The notes below the pieces were generated by a model. That model ran no database searches. It was not told the DNA's origin and was given only the letters and a program-made list of their open reading frames with translations. Made by a program: the position numbers and the translations under genes. From NCBI RefSeq assembly GCF_009914755.1, contig NC_060937.1: a stretch of DNA of 64,000 nt. One strand, given 5' to 3'. This DNA comes from the human T2T-CHM13v2.0 reference genome, Homo sapiens. This document shows positions 56,481 to 64,000 of this stretch, in pieces (position 1 is the stretch's first letter; the number at the start of each line of letters is the position of its first letter).

Positions 56481-56603
56481 AGCTCAGCCGGGTGAAGTGG
56501 CTCACACCTGTAATCCCAGCACTTTGGGAGGCTCAGGCAGGTGGATTACTTGAGGTCAGGAGTTCGAGACCAGCCTGGCCAACATGGTGAAACCCCGTCT
56601 CTA

Positions 56604-56834
<231 letters not shown>

Positions 56835-58348
56835 TCAAAAGAAAAAAATACAAAAGATTAGCCAGGCATGGTGGTGCACACCTGTAATCCCAGCTGCTCA
56901 AGTGGCTGAGGAAGGAGAATTGCTTGAACCTGGGAGGCAGAGGTTACAGTGAGTCAAGATCGCCACTGCACTGCAGCCTGGGCGACAGAGTGAGACTCGT
57001 CTCCAAAAAAAAAAACAAACAAAAAAAACACCTCATTGAGCTCTACAACAGAATGTCTTTTATTATTTTATTATTATTTTTAATTTTCTTTTTAAATAGA
57101 GACAGGGTCTCACTGCAACTTTGACCTCCTGAGCTCAAGTGATCCTCCCATCTCAGCCTCCTGAGTAGCTGGGACTACAGCGCAAATAGCTGAGACTACT
57201 GTGCACTCCACCACGCTGCCCCCAAGATGTTTTTATGTTGTTGTTGTTTTTGGTTTTGTTTTTTAGGCAGAGTCTCGCTCTGTCGCCCAGTCTGGAGTGC
57301 AGTGGCACAATCTGGACTCACTGCAACCTCCGCCCCCCGGGTTCAACCGATTCTGGTGACTCACCCTCCCAAGTAGCTGGGATTACAGGCACGCAGCACC
57401 AAGCCCGGCTAATTCCTCATATTTTTAGTAGAGACAGGGTTTCGCCATTTGCCCAGGCTGGTCTCGAACTCCTGAGCTCAGGCAATCCACCCGCCTGGGC
57501 CTCCCAGAGTGCTGGGATTACAGGCATAAGCCACCGCGCCTGGCCCAAGGTACTATTTTTTTTGAGACAAGGTCACTCGGTCACCTAGGCTGGAGTAGAG
57601 TGGCATGATCTGGGATCACTGCAACCTCTGCCTCCAGGGTTCAAGCAATTATCATGCCTCAGCCTCCTGAGTAGGTGGGATTACAGGGATGTGTCACCAC
57701 GCCCAATTAATTTTTGTATTTTTAGAAGAGATGAGGTTTTGTTTTTTTTTTGAGACAGAGTCTGTCACCCAGGCTGGAGTGCAGTGGCATGATCTCGGCT
57801 CACTGCAACCTCCGACTCCCGGAGTCAAGTGATTCTTGAGCCTCAGCCTCCCCAGTAGCTGGGACTACAGGCATGCACCACCACGCCCGGCTAATTTTTG
57901 TATTTTTAGTAGAGATGGGGTTTCATGCCATGTTGGCCAGGCTGGTCATGAACTCCTGACCTGAGGTGATCCGCGCACTGAAAGTCTGGGGCTTGAGCCA
58001 CTGCACCCCTGAGGTGCTTTTTATTAATGTAAATTAGGTGTCAATAAAGCTGATTACAATTTCTGAAAGGATTACCTTAAGTTTATAGGTTTTACTTTGT
58101 ATATATGTTCATTAAGTTAAATGAAATAATACAAAACACTGCAGAGATTTAAACTCTGAAGTTTGAAGAAAGTACATGACTCTTGACTCCTACCAGTACA
58201 CGAAAATTTCTTATTTATATTCACTGAATATTTACTCAACACCTACTTACCATATGCTAGTATGAACTGCAATGAAAGACAGAATTCCAAAACAGAGAGA
58301 AGCCCATATGTAACTGGATAGAAGAAGGACAAGATATTTAAAACTTAC

Positions 58349-58650
58349 GTTGTTAGCAAGAATGCCCCATCACCACATCTTTCCAGAGCCTTTCGTGCAG
58401 GAGGTTTTGCTGCAAACTCTACAAAACCTTTTCCTGTAGCTCTACCGCGATCATCCACAACCACAACAGCTTTCTCTACTGGACCAAACTGAGAAAATGC
58501 TTGCTCTAGCAGCTCATTGGAAACAACTGGAGAAAGGTTCTTGACAGTCAAGGCTGCTCCATGTGTAGCGAAGCGAATCCGTAGAGGTCTGCTCTTGAGA
58601 ATGGTGCCGTCCAGCTCTGCTTTTGCAATTTCAGCCAGGGTTCTGGATTC
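58349..58650 (-). CDS. PSPC1: PSPC1 coding exon (302 nt, probably exon 2): end of RRM1 plus RRM2, [15 protein letters not shown]...GDGAFLLTT
   Basis: Translation matches the PSPC1 DBHS RRM sequence. Acceptor TTCTTCCTAAAAAG|GAATCC, donor ACAAC|GTAAGT; joins the next exon in frame (AC|G). Confidence 0.97.
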
Positions 58651-59302
58651 CTTTTTAGGAAGAAAAAACATTTTTAAAAGATGACAGTAACAGAAAAAAT
58701 TCAAAACAGTGTTTGGCTTCTAGGGAGAACTAGGTATCTTTAGCAAATGGCTGACAGGGTCAATTTGATTTTGTATCTTTTAACTTTGGTATCACATGGT
58801 TTTTAACTATTCAATGATCATTTTAAACATTTTAATTAAAAGGTCCCAACTCCATTGTTTTGTTAAAAGTAATCATTTAAAGATTAGCTCTTCATAAGGC
58901 CAGTTACCAACTATTAAATATTCAAAGCAATATAGTTTTAAAATCTCCTACATATATTAAGAACACATATTAACAACTTGACTAGAGGCTGGGCACAGTG
59001 GTTCACCCCTGTAATCCCAGCACTTTGAGAGGCTGAGGCGGGCGGATCACCTGAGGTCAGGAGTTTGAGACCAGCCTGGCCAACAGGGTGAAATCCCACC
59101 TCTACTAAAAATACAAAAATTAGCTGGGCGTGGTGGCGGGTGCCTTAATCCCAACTACCTGGGAGGCTTAGGCAAGAGATCTCTTGAACCTAGGAGGCAG
59201 AGGTTGCAGTGAGCTGAGATGGCGCTACTGCACTCCAGCCTGGTGAACAGAGCAAGACTCTGTCTCGGAAAAAATAAAAATAAAAAAACAATAATAACTT
59301 GA

Positions 59303-59734
<432 letters not shown>

Positions 59735-59737
59735 TAA

Positions 59738-60043
<306 letters not shown>

Positions 60044-60569
60044 TGAGCCATCTTGCCCTAGCCAATGTCTTCTTAATGACTTCTCCTGAAATACTGGCAT
60101 GGGTTACACATTTCTCACTATTACATGAAGAGAAACAAAGGCAACATTCACGAGCTATAATAGTTCTCGCCATTATATAAAGTGTACATATACACTTACT
60201 ATAAACTAAAAAATATGCTCATTGCTGAAACTACAAGGTAAGAGAACTTCCTTCTACTGGGAGAATTCAAAGTTGGTGTAGAATATGGGCAGCACCTAAA
60301 ACAATAAATAAGGAACTGGTAAATTTAACAGAAGTATGTCTTTTTCATTGTGTTATGGGAACTCTCCAAGGACAACTGAAGAGGCTTTATATGTATATGT
60401 AAGAAGAATACAAACATACTGTCTTATGAAAATTGTCTTAAGGTCACAAGAGCTCTTTATTCAATCCCTAAAATGTTCATGACAGCTTGAAATTATTGCC
60501 CTTTATTGCAAAAATCTACCTATAGAATTATTTTTACAAAAACAAATGAAGTTACCCTTTTTAGAGATA

Positions 60570-61708
<1,139 letters not shown>

Positions 61709-61876
61709 TCTAAACAGTCGTTTTGTTTATTGCTTTTAACTCACTAGTAACAGTAGTAGCAGCAAGCACTTAATAAACACCTAAAAAGAGATGGGTACTT
61801 TCTTACCTAATACATCATATAATCCAACAACTCTTAAGAGGTAGACTTTAGAAACAGTTTTGAAAGTGAGAATAGG

Positions 61877-62913
<1,037 letters not shown>

Positions 62914-63317
62914 TACTATATGTAAATTTTTAAAACCCTAAAAAATAATATGCCGGGCATGGTGGCTCATGCCTGTAATCCCAGCACTTTGGGAGGCCGA
63001 GACAGGTGGATCACCTGAGGTCAGGAGTTCAAGACCAGCCTGGCCAACATGGTGAAACCCTATCTCTACTAAAAATACAAAAATCAGCCTGGGCTGGTGT
63101 CATGCCTGTAATTCCAGCTATTCAGGAGGCTGAGGAGTGAGAATCGCTTGAACCTGGGGAGGCAAGGCTGCAGTGAGCCCAGTGTGCCACTGCACTCCAG
63201 CCTGGGTGACAGCGAGGCTCCATCTAAAAAAAAAAAAAAAAAAAGAGGCCAGGCACAGTGGCTCACACCTGTACACCTGTAATCCCAGCACTTTGGGAGG
63301 CTGAGGCGGGTGGATCA

Positions 63318-63566
<249 letters not shown>

Positions 63567-64000
63567 TTACATAAAAATTTTCACCAAATGGCGAGCTGTC
63601 TCTGATGTCCAAAAAATAAATAAATGCATTTATAATGTTCAAAATGTAATGATTATTTAACCTGAATTTTAAGGAAATTTCCATATTTCATTATTATTAA
63701 TAGTTTGCGAATATTTACCCTTCTCTTGAAGCCACTTACATGTTGAAGTGTTTGCCCTAAAAAATAGTCTCACCAGGCACAGTGGCTCACGCCTGTAATC
63801 CCAGCACTTTGGGAGGCCAAGGCAGGCGGATCACAAGGTGAGGAGTTTCAGACCAGCCTGACCAGCATGATGAAACCCCATCTCTACTAAAAATACAAAA
63901 ATTAGCCAGGCCTGGTGGCACACACCTGTAGTCCCAGCTACTCAGGAGGCTGAGGCAGGAGAATCGCTTGAACCAGGGAGGCAGAGGTTGCAGTGAGTCG

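Noticed and set aside
58651-58704. N-terminal extension [18 protein letters not shown] of ORF 58345-58704
   Set aside because: Intronic read-through upstream of the acceptor at 58650; not PSPC1 protein.

Overview
Primate (almost certainly human) genomic DNA, very Alu-dense. It holds the internal part of PSPC1 (paraspeckle component 1, DBHS family) on the minus strand. Five canonical GT-AG coding exons (302, 96, 197, 85 and 106 nt; exons 2-6 by my recollection of the gene model) splice in frame and encode the end of RRM1, RRM2, NOPS and the coiled-coil. The first exon and the C-terminal exons lie outside the window. Nearly all other ORFs in the track are Alu translation artefacts. Also present: a 7SL RNA pseudogene, Charlie/Tigger/MER DNA-transposon fossils, old L1M/L2/MIR fragments and an ERV1-type (MER61-like) element. 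Main leads: (1) the repeat-poor parts of intron 6 carry several candidate micro/poison exons, the best a 21-nt in-frame microexon just downstream of a (UG)27 tract, plus two ~120-nt AG-exclusion zones; (2) a 97-bp near-perfect inverted duplication, mostly non-repeat sequence, about 80 nt upstream of the exon 3 acceptor, whose mismatches become G-U or A-C only on the transcribed strand; (3) the ERV has R-U5-int-U3-R structure with a 16-bp target-site duplication (TSD), typical of an L1-mobilised processed ERV transcript; (4) several template-switch or fold-back scars at Alu ends. All were read by eye; repeat subfamily names and boundaries are approximate, and none of the candidate exons is confirmed as used.
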